A stretch of DNA of 61,668 bases. Source: Candidatus Zixiibacteriota bacterium. GTDB taxonomy: Bacteria; Zixibacteria; MSB-5A5; WJJR01. A model generated the notes under the pieces. The model saw nothing but the letters and a program-made list of their open reading frames with translations, made no database searches and was not told the DNA's origin. The translations under genes were made by a program, and so were the position numbers. Of this stretch, positions 1 through 8,065 are shown one piece after another. The stretch is taken from contig JAVHPP010000003.1 in NCBI GenBank assembly GCA_036170655.1, forward strand, positions 2,741 through 64,408, read 5' to 3'. Numbering within the stretch: position 1 is the stretch's first letter; every line of letters begins with the position of its first letter.

Positions 1-875
1 TGCGACTGGCCATTGCTCAAATTGGTCCCCATCTGGGGAACATCCCAGCCAACCTCGCGGTGCATCGCGACGCCATCGCTTGGGCGCGCGGGGAGAAGGC
101 CGATTTGATCGTGTTTCCCGAATTGTCGCTGACCGGGTATCTGGTCATGGACATGGTCGCCCGTATCGGACTCGCCGTTGATGACCCGGCACTGGCTGCT
201 TTGGCGCGTGATGCCGGTCCGCTCGGTGTCATCTTGGGTTTTGTGGAAAAGGCCTCCGACGGACGTTTCTATAACTCTGCCGCCTACATCAAAGATGGCG
301 CGATCCACGCGGTCCAGCGGAAGTTGTTCCTTCCCAACTATGGCATGTTCGATGAGAAGCGGTTCTTCGCCGCGGGCAATCGCATCGAGCCGTTCGATAC
401 GCCCTGGGGGCGCACTGGCATCCTCATCTGCTTCGATGCGTTGCACCCGGCGACTGCCTACCTCCATGAGCAGGCCGGTGCGCGCATGATTGTGACCATC
501 TCGGCCTCACCCGCGCGCGGCGTCGGCCCGGACGGGGCGATGTCAGGACGGGATGCCTTCCGTATCGCCCACCGCGCGCACGCACGGCTCTTGGGCGTAA
601 TCTCTGTCTTTGTGAACCGTGTGGGGACGGAGGAAGGCATGACCTTCTGGGGAGGATCAGAAGTCCTCGACCCGTTGGCGAATTCCGTTTGCAACCTTCC
701 CGAGTACGATTCTGCGCGAGCCATCTGCGACATCGATCTCGAATCGGTCGAACGCGCCCGCAGCATGTTTCCCCACCTGAAAGAGGGGCGCGCGGATTTC
801 ATTCTTCAGGAACTGTGGCGTCTGCGCATGGGACCCGATCCACTATTTGGGCAGACGCCGTCAACGGCCCCATGA
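1..875 (+). CDS. carbon-nitrogen hydrolase (nitrilase superfamily), 5' end cut by the window edge; probable glutaminase subunit for the downstream NAD synthetase
   Basis: The frame is open back to nt 3 (RLAIAQIGPHLGNIPANLAVHRDAI...). Nitrilase-type Glu/Lys/Cys contexts are present: LIVFPELSLTGY, VQRKLFLP, GILICFDALHP. The TGA stop overlaps the nadE ATG (ATGA at 872-875). Confidence 0.8.
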   Translation, partial: RLAIAQIGPHLGNIPANLAVHRDAIAWARGEKADLIVFPELSLTGYLVMDMVARIGLAVDDPALAALARDAGPLGVILGFVEKASDGRFYNSAAYIKDGAIHAVQRKLFLPNYGMFDEKRFFAAGNRIEPFDTPWGRTGILICFDALHPATAYLHEQAGARMIVTISASPARGVGPDGAMSGRDAFRIAHRAHARLLGVISVFVNRVGTEEGMTFWGGSEVLDPLANSVCNLPEYDSARAICDIDLESVERARSMFPHLKEGRADFILQELWRLRMGPDPLFGQTPSTAP

Positions 876-1711
876 CGCGCCCGACATCCGATATCAATCT
901 TGCGCTCGATCCTTGGGTGACCGTGGGTCTAATCACGGAGTTCCTATGCGACCAGTTTGAGAAAAAACGCTTTGCGGACGCTGTGTTGGGCATTTCCGGC
1001 GGGATCGATTCCGCCCTCGGCGCTGCTCTGGCCGTCAACGCGCTGGGGCCGGAACATGTCGTCGGACTGGCCATGCCGGCGCACCAATCTGACCCGCAGA
1101 GTCTCGCTGATGCCCGTTTGGTCGCCAAAACGTTTGGCTTTTTGTTGCTCAACAGACCGGTCGGATCAGTGGTCAGCGCGTTTTTCAATGGACGTCAGTC
1201 CGCCAGCCGTGTCCGTCGAGGCAACGCGACGGCGCGGGCGCGGATGATGCATCTGTTCGATTATTCGCATGAGCATCATGCGCTGGTCATCGGCACGTCC
1301 AACAAGACAGAGTTGCTGTTGGGATATGGCACCTGGTACGGCGATCTGGCCTGCTCGATCAATCCCATCGGCGATCTCTACAAAACTCAGGTCAGACAGC
1401 TCGCAGATTGCCTCGGAGTGCCACAGCCCATCATCGACAAGCCACCTTCGGCCGATCTCTGGCGTGGGCAAACCGACGAGGGGGAACTCGGCCTTGCCTA
1501 TGCGGACGTCGACCGGCTTCTTTACCTCATGATCGACTGCGATTATTCGCTCGATGCCGCTGTCCAGCAGGGATTTTCTCGGCCGTTCATCCAGAGTGTC
1601 TGGGATCGGGTCGTGGCGACTCAGTTCAAACGTTCGCTGCCGACACTCGCCAAGATCTCCGCGAAGACCGTGGGTATCGACTTCCACTTGTCCCGGGACT
1701 GGGGGACTTGA
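872..1711 (+). CDS. nadE: NAD+ synthetase (ATP-pyrophosphatase domain only)
   Basis: PP-loop motif GISGGIDSALGAAL, plus GTSNKTELLLGYGTWYGD and PSADLW. The ATG at 872 is in frame within ORF 689..1711 and overlaps the upstream stop. Confidence 0.9.
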   Translation: MTRPTSDINLALDPWVTVGLITEFLCDQFEKKRFADAVLGISGGIDSALGAALAVNALGPEHVVGLAMPAHQSDPQSLADARLVAKTFGFLLLNRPVGSVVSAFFNGRQSASRVRRGNATARARMMHLFDYSHEHHALVIGTSNKTELLLGYGTWYGDLACSINPIGDLYKTQVRQLADCLGVPQPIIDKPPSADLWRGQTDEGELGLAYADVDRLLYLMIDCDYSLDAAVQQGFSRPFIQSVWDRVVATQFKRSLPTLAKISAKTVGIDFHLSRDWGT

Positions 1712-1741
1712 CCGGCCGGCATCGGCAGGGTGGAATCATTG

Positions 1742-2458
1742 ATGGTCAAAGGCCAGAGCAACGAAGGCCCGCAATCGGGTGTGCTCTATGTTGTCGCCAC
1801 GCCGATTGGGAATCTCGGCGATATCTCCCGCCGCGCGCTCGAGGTGCTGGCTGCGGTCGATGTGATTCTCTGCGAGGACACCCGTCACACGCGCACGCTG
1901 CTTTCCCACTATGCCATCAACGCATCGCTCGAGTCCTACCACGAGCACAACGAACGCCAGAAAGCGCCCTTGATCGTCGAACGGCTCCGCGCGGGCGCGC
2001 GCATGGCGCTGGTGTCGGATGCCGGCACGCCCACCATTTCTGACCCGGGATACCGGCTGCTGGTCGCGCTTGACGATGGCAGCGTTTCGGTCGTTCCCAT
2101 CCCCGGTCCTTCCGCCGTCACCGCCCTACTTTCGGTATCCGGGCTCCCGACCGACCGTTTTGTCTTCGAGGGATTTCTCCCCGTCAAAACCGGAAAACGT
2201 CACGGTCGGCTCGAGGAGTTGTCGACCGACCCCCGCACGATTGTCCTCTTCGAATCGCCCTTTCGCATTGCGCGCACTCTCTCGGAGTGTTTGCAAATTC
2301 TGGGGGACCGCCGTTGCTGTTTGGGACGTGAGCTGACCAAGATGTTCGAAGAAGTCAGGCGCGGTAGCCTTTCTCAACTGGTTGAATGGTCAGCCGGGAG
2401 AACGCCCAAAGGAGAGATCGTTCTGGCTATTGCTGGCGCTCCCGACTCCGCGGAATAG
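1742..2458 (+). CDS. rsmI: 16S rRNA (cytidine1402-2'-O)-methyltransferase
   Basis: LYVVATPIGNLGDISRRALEVLAAVDVILCEDTRHTRTLL is a typical RsmI N-terminus. An alternative GTG start lies at 1730. Confidence 0.88.
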   Translation: MVKGQSNEGPQSGVLYVVATPIGNLGDISRRALEVLAAVDVILCEDTRHTRTLLSHYAINASLESYHEHNERQKAPLIVERLRAGARMALVSDAGTPTISDPGYRLLVALDDGSVSVVPIPGPSAVTALLSVSGLPTDRFVFEGFLPVKTGKRHGRLEELSTDPRTIVLFESPFRIARTLSECLQILGDRRCCLGRELTKMFEEVRRGSLSQLVEWSAGRTPKGEIVLAIAGAPDSAE

Positions 2459-2555
2459 ACGCCGCGTTGCGTGGTGGTCATCGCGGTCCCGAACGTTCAC
2501 GCAGTGCGATCTGAATCCTTGCGGGACTGGATTGATCCAGTTAGATTCGGCCGCC

Positions 2556-3497
2556 ATGAGTCCGGCCCATCAAGAGTCATTCTGGCGTCTGTTCTGGCGG
2601 CAGTCGCGTCCGTTGGACCGGATCACGTGGGGGTATACTCTCACGTTTGGGGTCGGGCTGCTCCTGTTCGGCAGGCATCACCTGTCGACCAACTATTTGT
2701 TCCCGGTTCACATCGCTCTCTTGGGGGCGATTGCTTGGATGGTGGTCCATTGGGATAATCGCAGCCACGGACTCCGGGGATTCCTGCGCCACCTGTATCC
2801 TGTCATCCTTTACACCTTCTTTTACTGCGAGATCGCGGTGGCTCTGCACTGGGTTTTCCGCGGTTTCTTTGACGACCGGATTCTTGCCGTCGAGCACGCC
2901 GTGTTTGGTGTTGATCTCAATGTTTGGCTGATTCCCGCCCAACACGCGCTCTTGAACGAATGGATGATGCTCGGGTATTTCTCGTACTACCTGATCATCC
3001 CCACGCTGGCGCTGACGCTGTTTTTCCGCAAGCAGATCGATCTGCTGCACGATTTCCTGACGGCAGTCACCGTCACTTTCGTCATTTCGTATGTGGGTTT
3101 CATCCTGTACCCGGTGGCTGGTCCGCGATATTTTTTCGCCGACCACTTTAATGGTCCCATCCCGGGCTGGTTTTTTGTCCCCCTCGTCAATTGGATCATC
3201 GCTGGTGCGGCCATCCACGGCGGGTGCATGCCGTCGTCGCATGTCGCCGTGGCCCTTGTCGTTCTCATCTGGGCTTGGCGGACGGATCGCCGACTGGCGG
3301 CTGTCATGACGCCCTTTATTTTCACGTTGTTTTTTGCGACGATCTGGGGACGGTTTCACTACTTCTCTGATATGGTGGCGGGTTGGGTGACCGGGGTTGT
3401 AGGATTGAGTCTGGCTGGACACTGGTGTGCCGTGAGTCGGCTCACGATCCGGTCAGGTGTTCGTGCCGCATTGAGTCACGTTTCGGTGGTTCCTTAG
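2556..3497 (+). CDS. PAP2-superfamily integral membrane protein, Aur1/Ipt1-like (candidate inositol-phosphotransferase or lipid phosphatase)
   Basis: Multi-TM protein with PAP2 C2/C3 motifs: CMPSSHVAVALV and WGRFHYFSDMVAGW. The start was chosen at the first ATG after the rsmI stop (MSPAHQESFW). Confidence 0.7.
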   Translation: MSPAHQESFWRLFWRQSRPLDRITWGYTLTFGVGLLLFGRHHLSTNYLFPVHIALLGAIAWMVVHWDNRSHGLRGFLRHLYPVILYTFFYCEIAVALHWVFRGFFDDRILAVEHAVFGVDLNVWLIPAQHALLNEWMMLGYFSYYLIIPTLALTLFFRKQIDLLHDFLTAVTVTFVISYVGFILYPVAGPRYFFADHFNGPIPGWFFVPLVNWIIAGAAIHGGCMPSSHVAVALVVLIWAWRTDRRLAAVMTPFIFTLFFATIWGRFHYFSDMVAGWVTGVVGLSLAGHWCAVSRLTIRSGVRAALSHVSVVP

Positions 3498-3507
3498 ATT
3501 CTATTCC

Positions 3508-4335
3508 ATGTGTCCCGAATTCTTCCATATCGGTCCTTTTGCCCTGCGTGCTTATGGGCTGACGTTGGCGCTGTCCTTTTTCATCGGGTTGTGGCTCATC
3601 CGGCGCGAGGCATTGTTGCTTGGTGTCCACCCGGAGCGCGCCGTCAACTTTGGTTACATCCTGATTGTGTTCGGCGTTCTCGGTGCACGGCTGGGGTATG
3701 TCGCCTACCATTGGGGGGAGTTTTCGGGCAACATCCTCAGCATCATCAACCCCTTTGCCTCAGGTGAACGTTTTGGTATCGCCGGGTTAAATCTGCAAGG
3801 CGGGATGCTCCTCGCTTTTGTTGCCGGTGGGGTCTACCTTTATCGCAAAGGGATGCCGTTGTCCACCACGCTTGATGCTGTTGTACCGGCGATGGCGTTC
3901 GGCATCTTCCTCACACGCATTGGGTGTTTCCTCAACGGGTGTTGTTTCGGCATCCAGACCGATCTCCCATGGGGCGTTCATTTTCCCTCCGGCTCTCCCG
4001 CGTATGCTGTGTTCGACGCCGCGACGATTCATCCCACGCAACTGTATTCTTCTGCGTACGGGTTGGGCCTGTTCTTCCTGCTTATCTGGATCAACCAACA
4101 GCGCCACAACATTGGTGTGACAACGGCTGTCTTTTTCATGGTGGAAGCGGCCTTTCGGTTTGGCATCGAATTTGTTCGCTATTACGAGTCGGCCATGTGG
4201 GTTGACATTGGCACACTCCATGTCACCTACAATCAGTTGGTCGCGGCCGGACTGTTTGTTGTCGGCATCTTGTTCTGGGTGAACTCGCGAAAACGATCCA
4301 TTGCCGCGCCACAGGCGTTTGTCCCCACTGCATGA
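3508..4335 (+). CDS. lgt: prolipoprotein diacylglyceryl transferase
   Basis: FHIGPFALRAYGLTLALSFFIG N-terminus, a TRIGCFLNGCCFG loop and the expected polytopic profile and size (275 aa). Confidence 0.85.
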   Translation: MCPEFFHIGPFALRAYGLTLALSFFIGLWLIRREALLLGVHPERAVNFGYILIVFGVLGARLGYVAYHWGEFSGNILSIINPFASGERFGIAGLNLQGGMLLAFVAGGVYLYRKGMPLSTTLDAVVPAMAFGIFLTRIGCFLNGCCFGIQTDLPWGVHFPSGSPAYAVFDAATIHPTQLYSSAYGLGLFFLLIWINQQRHNIGVTTAVFFMVEAAFRFGIEFVRYYESAMWVDIGTLHVTYNQLVAAGLFVVGILFWVNSRKRSIAAPQAFVPTA

Positions 4336-4474
4336 TCGGTATCGAAATCGCCTTGACCCGTCCGGCGTCGTGAGCGTATAATCGACCGACCACCACCCGG
4401 TAGTCCGCTCATCGCCCAAGGTGTTGAGCGACACTGGCAAACGGCAGCGGCATGATCCGGGGGGGGCTTTCATT

Positions 4475-5077
4475 ATGCACCAGGAACGCCGTCTGATATA
4501 TGAGTCATTCTCGATTCCGTACGGGCGTGTCTGCGTTCGTCTCGGATTGACCCCCAACATTCTGACGGTCGTCGGTCTCCTGCTGACGGCGGGCGCGGGG
4601 GTCGCCTTTTGGCAGGGCCGCTTCTTTCTGGGATTGATCCTGATGCTGGTTGCCGCGCTGGCGGATATGCTGGATGGCGCCACCGCTCGCGCGGGGGGGC
4701 TGGGAACCGTGTTCGGAGGTGTTTTCGACCACACGGTTGACCGCATCGGCGAGTTCCTCATTCTCCTGGGGATTGCTCTCTCCGGACATGCCGCACCCGG
4801 ATTGGCGATGTTCGCGTTGTTCGGAATGTGGACCGCCTCGTACACGCGTGCGGTTGCCGAATCGGTCGGCGGCTTGAAGTCCTGTACGGTCGGATTTGCC
4901 GGCCGGCTGGAGAAATTTGTCCTGATCATCGCTGGCGCCCTCTTCGAGGAATTCTTCCCCCACGTGGCGATGGACTCCGCCTTGATCGTTGTCGGCGGCG
5001 TTTCATTCCTCACGGCGGTGCAGCGCCTGAACTATGCACGCAGAGAGCTTTCCCAGAAAGACAATGCCCCGCGATGA
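4475..5077 (+). CDS. CDP-alcohol phosphatidyltransferase (phosphatidylinositol-phosphate synthase / DIPP-synthase-like)
   Basis: CDP-alcohol signature D-x2-DG-x2-AR-x8-G-x3-D-x3-D, seen as ADMLDGATARAGGLGTVFGGVFDHTVDRIGE. About 200 aa and multi-TM. A G8 tract sits 8 nt upstream of the ATG. An alternative GTG start lies at 4421. Confidence 0.8.
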   Translation: MHQERRLIYESFSIPYGRVCVRLGLTPNILTVVGLLLTAGAGVAFWQGRFFLGLILMLVAALADMLDGATARAGGLGTVFGGVFDHTVDRIGEFLILLGIALSGHAAPGLAMFALFGMWTASYTRAVAESVGGLKSCTVGFAGRLEKFVLIIAGALFEEFFPHVAMDSALIVVGGVSFLTAVQRLNYARRELSQKDNAPR

Positions 5078-5997
5078 TGCTGGCCTTCGGCAATCCCGTC
5101 TACGATTCGATCCGAACGCCGTGGGTGTCCACGTGCGATCGGGTTCTCTCCGGGTGTGCCGTCAATGCGGCCTTGGCGTTCGCCCGGTTGGGTGGCGACG
5201 CCTGTGTTGTCGGACGTGTCGCAGCGGACAGGCTCGAACATTACCACCGGACGCTCAGGTCTGTGGGCATCGGGCACCATACGGAGACGTGTCATGAGTC
5301 GGGTGGCTTCGGCTTGGACTACGACCGGCAGGGGCGGCGCGAACTCCGTGTTCTTGGGCAGGCCGAGCCGGTCACCCAGATTCCCGATTCCATCTCTCGT
5401 GCCCAGTCGATTTTTGTCGGTCCCGTTCTGCAGGAGACCTCTTTCGACCTGATTCGGACCATCCGGGGAAGGAGCGATGCCCTGATGATGCTCGATCCCC
5501 AGGGATTGCTTCGCCGGATCAGTCCTTCCGGCCGTATTGAGCATTTCAAGCCCGACGGGATTGAGGAAATCTGTTCCCTTTTTGACATCGTGAAACCCAA
5601 TGAATTGGAGACGGAAATTCTCACCGGCGTCAACCCCCGTGAGAATCTCGATCGTGCCGCAGCCATTCTCGTCGGTTGGGGCATCCCGACCGTCATCATC
5701 ACCCTGGCTGAACTGGGAGCGCTCATCATTAGCGAGGGACACTGGTATCGTCTTGACGCAGTCCCCACAGTGGCTGTTGATTCGACAGGCGCTGGCGATA
5801 CGTTCGCCGGTGGCCTGCTCTATGCACTTTCGCAGGGAATGGATTGGCCCGAAGCGGGCCGTCTGGCGACGGCCGTGTCATCGATCATGATCGAGCAATG
5901 CGGGCCGGAGTTTGAACTGACGAGGACTGAGGCCCGGCGACGCAGCGCGACCGTGGCCGTTTCCCAGAGTCAACGGGCCGCTGCGGTTGCCAGTTGA
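5074..5997 (+). CDS. PfkB/ribokinase-family sugar kinase (candidate inositol kinase)
   Basis: PfkB C-terminal signature [18 protein letters not shown]. The ATG overlaps the upstream stop (ATGA at 5074-5077). Confidence 0.8.
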   Translation: MMLAFGNPVYDSIRTPWVSTCDRVLSGCAVNAALAFARLGGDACVVGRVAADRLEHYHRTLRSVGIGHHTETCHESGGFGLDYDRQGRRELRVLGQAEPVTQIPDSISRAQSIFVGPVLQETSFDLIRTIRGRSDALMMLDPQGLLRRISPSGRIEHFKPDGIEEICSLFDIVKPNELETEILTGVNPRENLDRAAAILVGWGIPTVIITLAELGALIISEGHWYRLDAVPTVAVDSTGAGDTFAGGLLYALSQGMDWPEAGRLATAVSSIMIEQCGPEFELTRTEARRRSATVAVSQSQRAAAVAS

Positions 5998-6044
5998 CAG
6001 GAGGCGGACCGCACCGTGTTGCGGTCGAGCAGAGGAAGGTTGCA

Positions 6045-7205
6045 ATGTCCAAAGTGCGTGTTGCCATCATCGGGGTTGGGAATTGTGCGTCATCATTTGT
6101 CCAGGGAGTCCACTTCTACCACGATGCAAAGCCCGGTGAAATGGTCCCGGGTTTGATGCATGTCGATCTCGGTGGATACCATATCTCCGACATCGAGTTC
6201 TCTGCCGCAATCGACATCGACAAGAACAAAGTCGGCAAGGACTTGGGCGAAGCCATTTACACCAAACCCAACAATACCTATCGTTTTTGCGATGTCCCGC
6301 GTATGGGTGTGACCGTCCAGCGCGGTATGACCCACGACGGCTTGGGCGAGTATCTCTCGAAGATCATCGAGAAGGCTCCCGGCGACACCGTCAACATCGT
6401 CAAGCTGCTGCGTGACACCAAGACCGATGTGGTCGTCAATTACCTTCCCGTTGGCAGCGAGGAAGCGACGAAATGGTATGTGGAGCAGGTCCTCGAAGCG
6501 GGCTGCGGACTCGTCAATTGCATCCCCGTGTTTATCGCCCGCGAAAAGTACTGGCAGAAACGTTTTGAGGACAGGGGCTTGCCGGTCATCGGCGACGACG
6601 TCAAGTCACAAGTCGGCGCAACCATTGTGCACCGTGTCCTAACACGCCTCTTCCGCGAACGTGGGGTCAAGCTGCTGAGGACGTCGCAGCTCAATGTCGG
6701 TGGAAACACCGATTTCTACAACATGCTGGAGCGCAGCCGGCTCGAATCCAAGAAGATCTCGAAGACCAATGCCGTTACATCGCAACTCGACTACGATATG
6801 GGCGCGGACAATATCCATATCGGTCCGTCCGATTACGTTGCCTGGCTGGCCGATCGCAAATGGGCTTATATCCGGCTCGAAGGGCAGACATTCGGCGATG
6901 TCCCGCTCAACATCGAACTGAAGATGGAGGTGTGGGACTCTCCCAACTCGGCGGGTGTTGTGATTGATGCCGTGCGCTGCTGCAAGCTGGCCCTCGATCA
7001 CAAGTTGAAAGGTGCCTTGATCGGCCCGTCGGCCTACTTCAAGAAGTCTCCCCCCGTCCAGTTTACCGACGAGGAGGCGCGCCGCCTGACCGAGGAATTT
7101 ATCGAGAAGTACCGTCGTCGCGATGTGGAACCGGCCCCGAAAAACACAGAGGTCGCTGCCAAGCCCGCACCCGTCGCAGCAGCACGCACGTCCGTTCGGA
7201 CCTGA
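6045..7205 (+). CDS. ino1: myo-inositol-1-phosphate (inositol-3-phosphate) synthase
   Basis: N-terminal Rossmann segment [22 protein letters not shown], plus SQVGATIVH and GPSDYV. The size is typical of prokaryotic MIPS. A GGAAGG Shine-Dalgarno motif precedes the ATG. Confidence 0.88.
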   Translation: MSKVRVAIIGVGNCASSFVQGVHFYHDAKPGEMVPGLMHVDLGGYHISDIEFSAAIDIDKNKVGKDLGEAIYTKPNNTYRFCDVPRMGVTVQRGMTHDGLGEYLSKIIEKAPGDTVNIVKLLRDTKTDVVVNYLPVGSEEATKWYVEQVLEAGCGLVNCIPVFIAREKYWQKRFEDRGLPVIGDDVKSQVGATIVHRVLTRLFRERGVKLLRTSQLNVGGNTDFYNMLERSRLESKKISKTNAVTSQLDYDMGADNIHIGPSDYVAWLADRKWAYIRLEGQTFGDVPLNIELKMEVWDSPNSAGVVIDAVRCCKLALDHKLKGALIGPSAYFKKSPPVQFTDEEARRLTEEFIEKYRRRDVEPAPKNTEVAAKPAPVAAARTSVRT

Positions 7206-7289
7206 CGGTGTACGATTCGCCATGGTGCGGGATCATGTTCTGCAGGGGCGCTTATTCTGAAAGCAGAATCCGGTCAGAAGCGAGATCAG

Positions 7290-7317
7290 GGAGGGCGGCT
7301 TGGCCGCCCTCCTTTTT
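7290..7317 (+). terminator. intrinsic terminator after ino1
   Basis: GGAGGGCGGC-TTG-GCCGCCCTCC stem followed by TTTTT. Confidence 0.8.
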
Positions 7318-7393
7318 GGCACGTGTTCTTCTCTCTTGCCGAATGTCGTCTTGTTGAAGACTCACGTTCTTGTGGAACGGAAAGCGGGTGGCG

Positions 7394-8065
7394 ATGAAAC
7401 GACGGGCGGAAGCGAGACCACGCGGGTTCTTTCTGGTGGTGGAAGGAGCCGATGCTTCTGGCAAGACGACACTGGCGCGGCGACTGGCCATTGCCTACCG
7501 CCAGCAAGGCTGGACGGTGACCTCCGTGCGCGAGCCGGGCGGTACGAGGCTGTCGGAATCGGTCCGGCGCATCCTTCTCGATCCCAAGGCGCTGGTCAAT
7601 CCACGATCGGAGTTGTTCCTCTACCTCGCGGCGCGGGCCCAACTCGTCGGTGACGTGATCAACCCGGCGCTGAGGCGGGGAGAATTTGTGATCGCCGACC
7701 GCTTCAGTCTGTCTACGCTGGCCTATCAGGTGGGTGGCCGGGGGCTCCCGGCACGGGCCGTCATGGCCGCTGATCGCCTGGCCCGCGCGGAGCTGAATCC
7801 CGACCTGACGATTCTGCTGACCGTGACCGAGGGTCAGTCGCGGTTACGTCGTCAGGAAAATCCCTGTCCGCCCGATCGCATCGAGCGCGAACCCGCATCA
7901 TTCTTCCGGGCTGTCCGCGCCGAATATCTGAAGCTGAGCAGGAGGATGTCAGGCTTGATCGTGGTCGATTCATCAATCGGTGCCGATGACGTCTACGTGT
8001 GTGCAACTGAGCACATCGACCGCCGCTTGAAACGCCGCCGCCCTTCATCATGGATCCGCCACTGA
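7394..8065 (+). CDS. tmk: thymidylate kinase
   Basis: FFLVVEGADASGKTT P-loop, REPGGT and DRFSLSTLAYQ motifs. Confidence 0.9.
   Translation: MKRRAEARPRGFFLVVEGADASGKTTLARRLAIAYRQQGWTVTSVREPGGTRLSESVRRILLDPKALVNPRSELFLYLAARAQLVGDVINPALRRGEFVIADRFSLSTLAYQVGGRGLPARAVMAADRLARAELNPDLTILLTVTEGQSRLRRQENPCPPDRIEREPASFFRAVRAEYLKLSRRMSGLIVVDSSIGADDVYVCATEHIDRRLKRRRPSSWIRH

Noticed and set aside
3787-5013. 408-aa minus-strand ORF antisense to lgt and the CDP-alcohol transferase
   Set aside because: Its composition is Arg/Pro/Ser/Ala-rich with no motifs and it fully overlaps two well-supported + strand genes. This is the typical spurious antisense frame of high-GC DNA.
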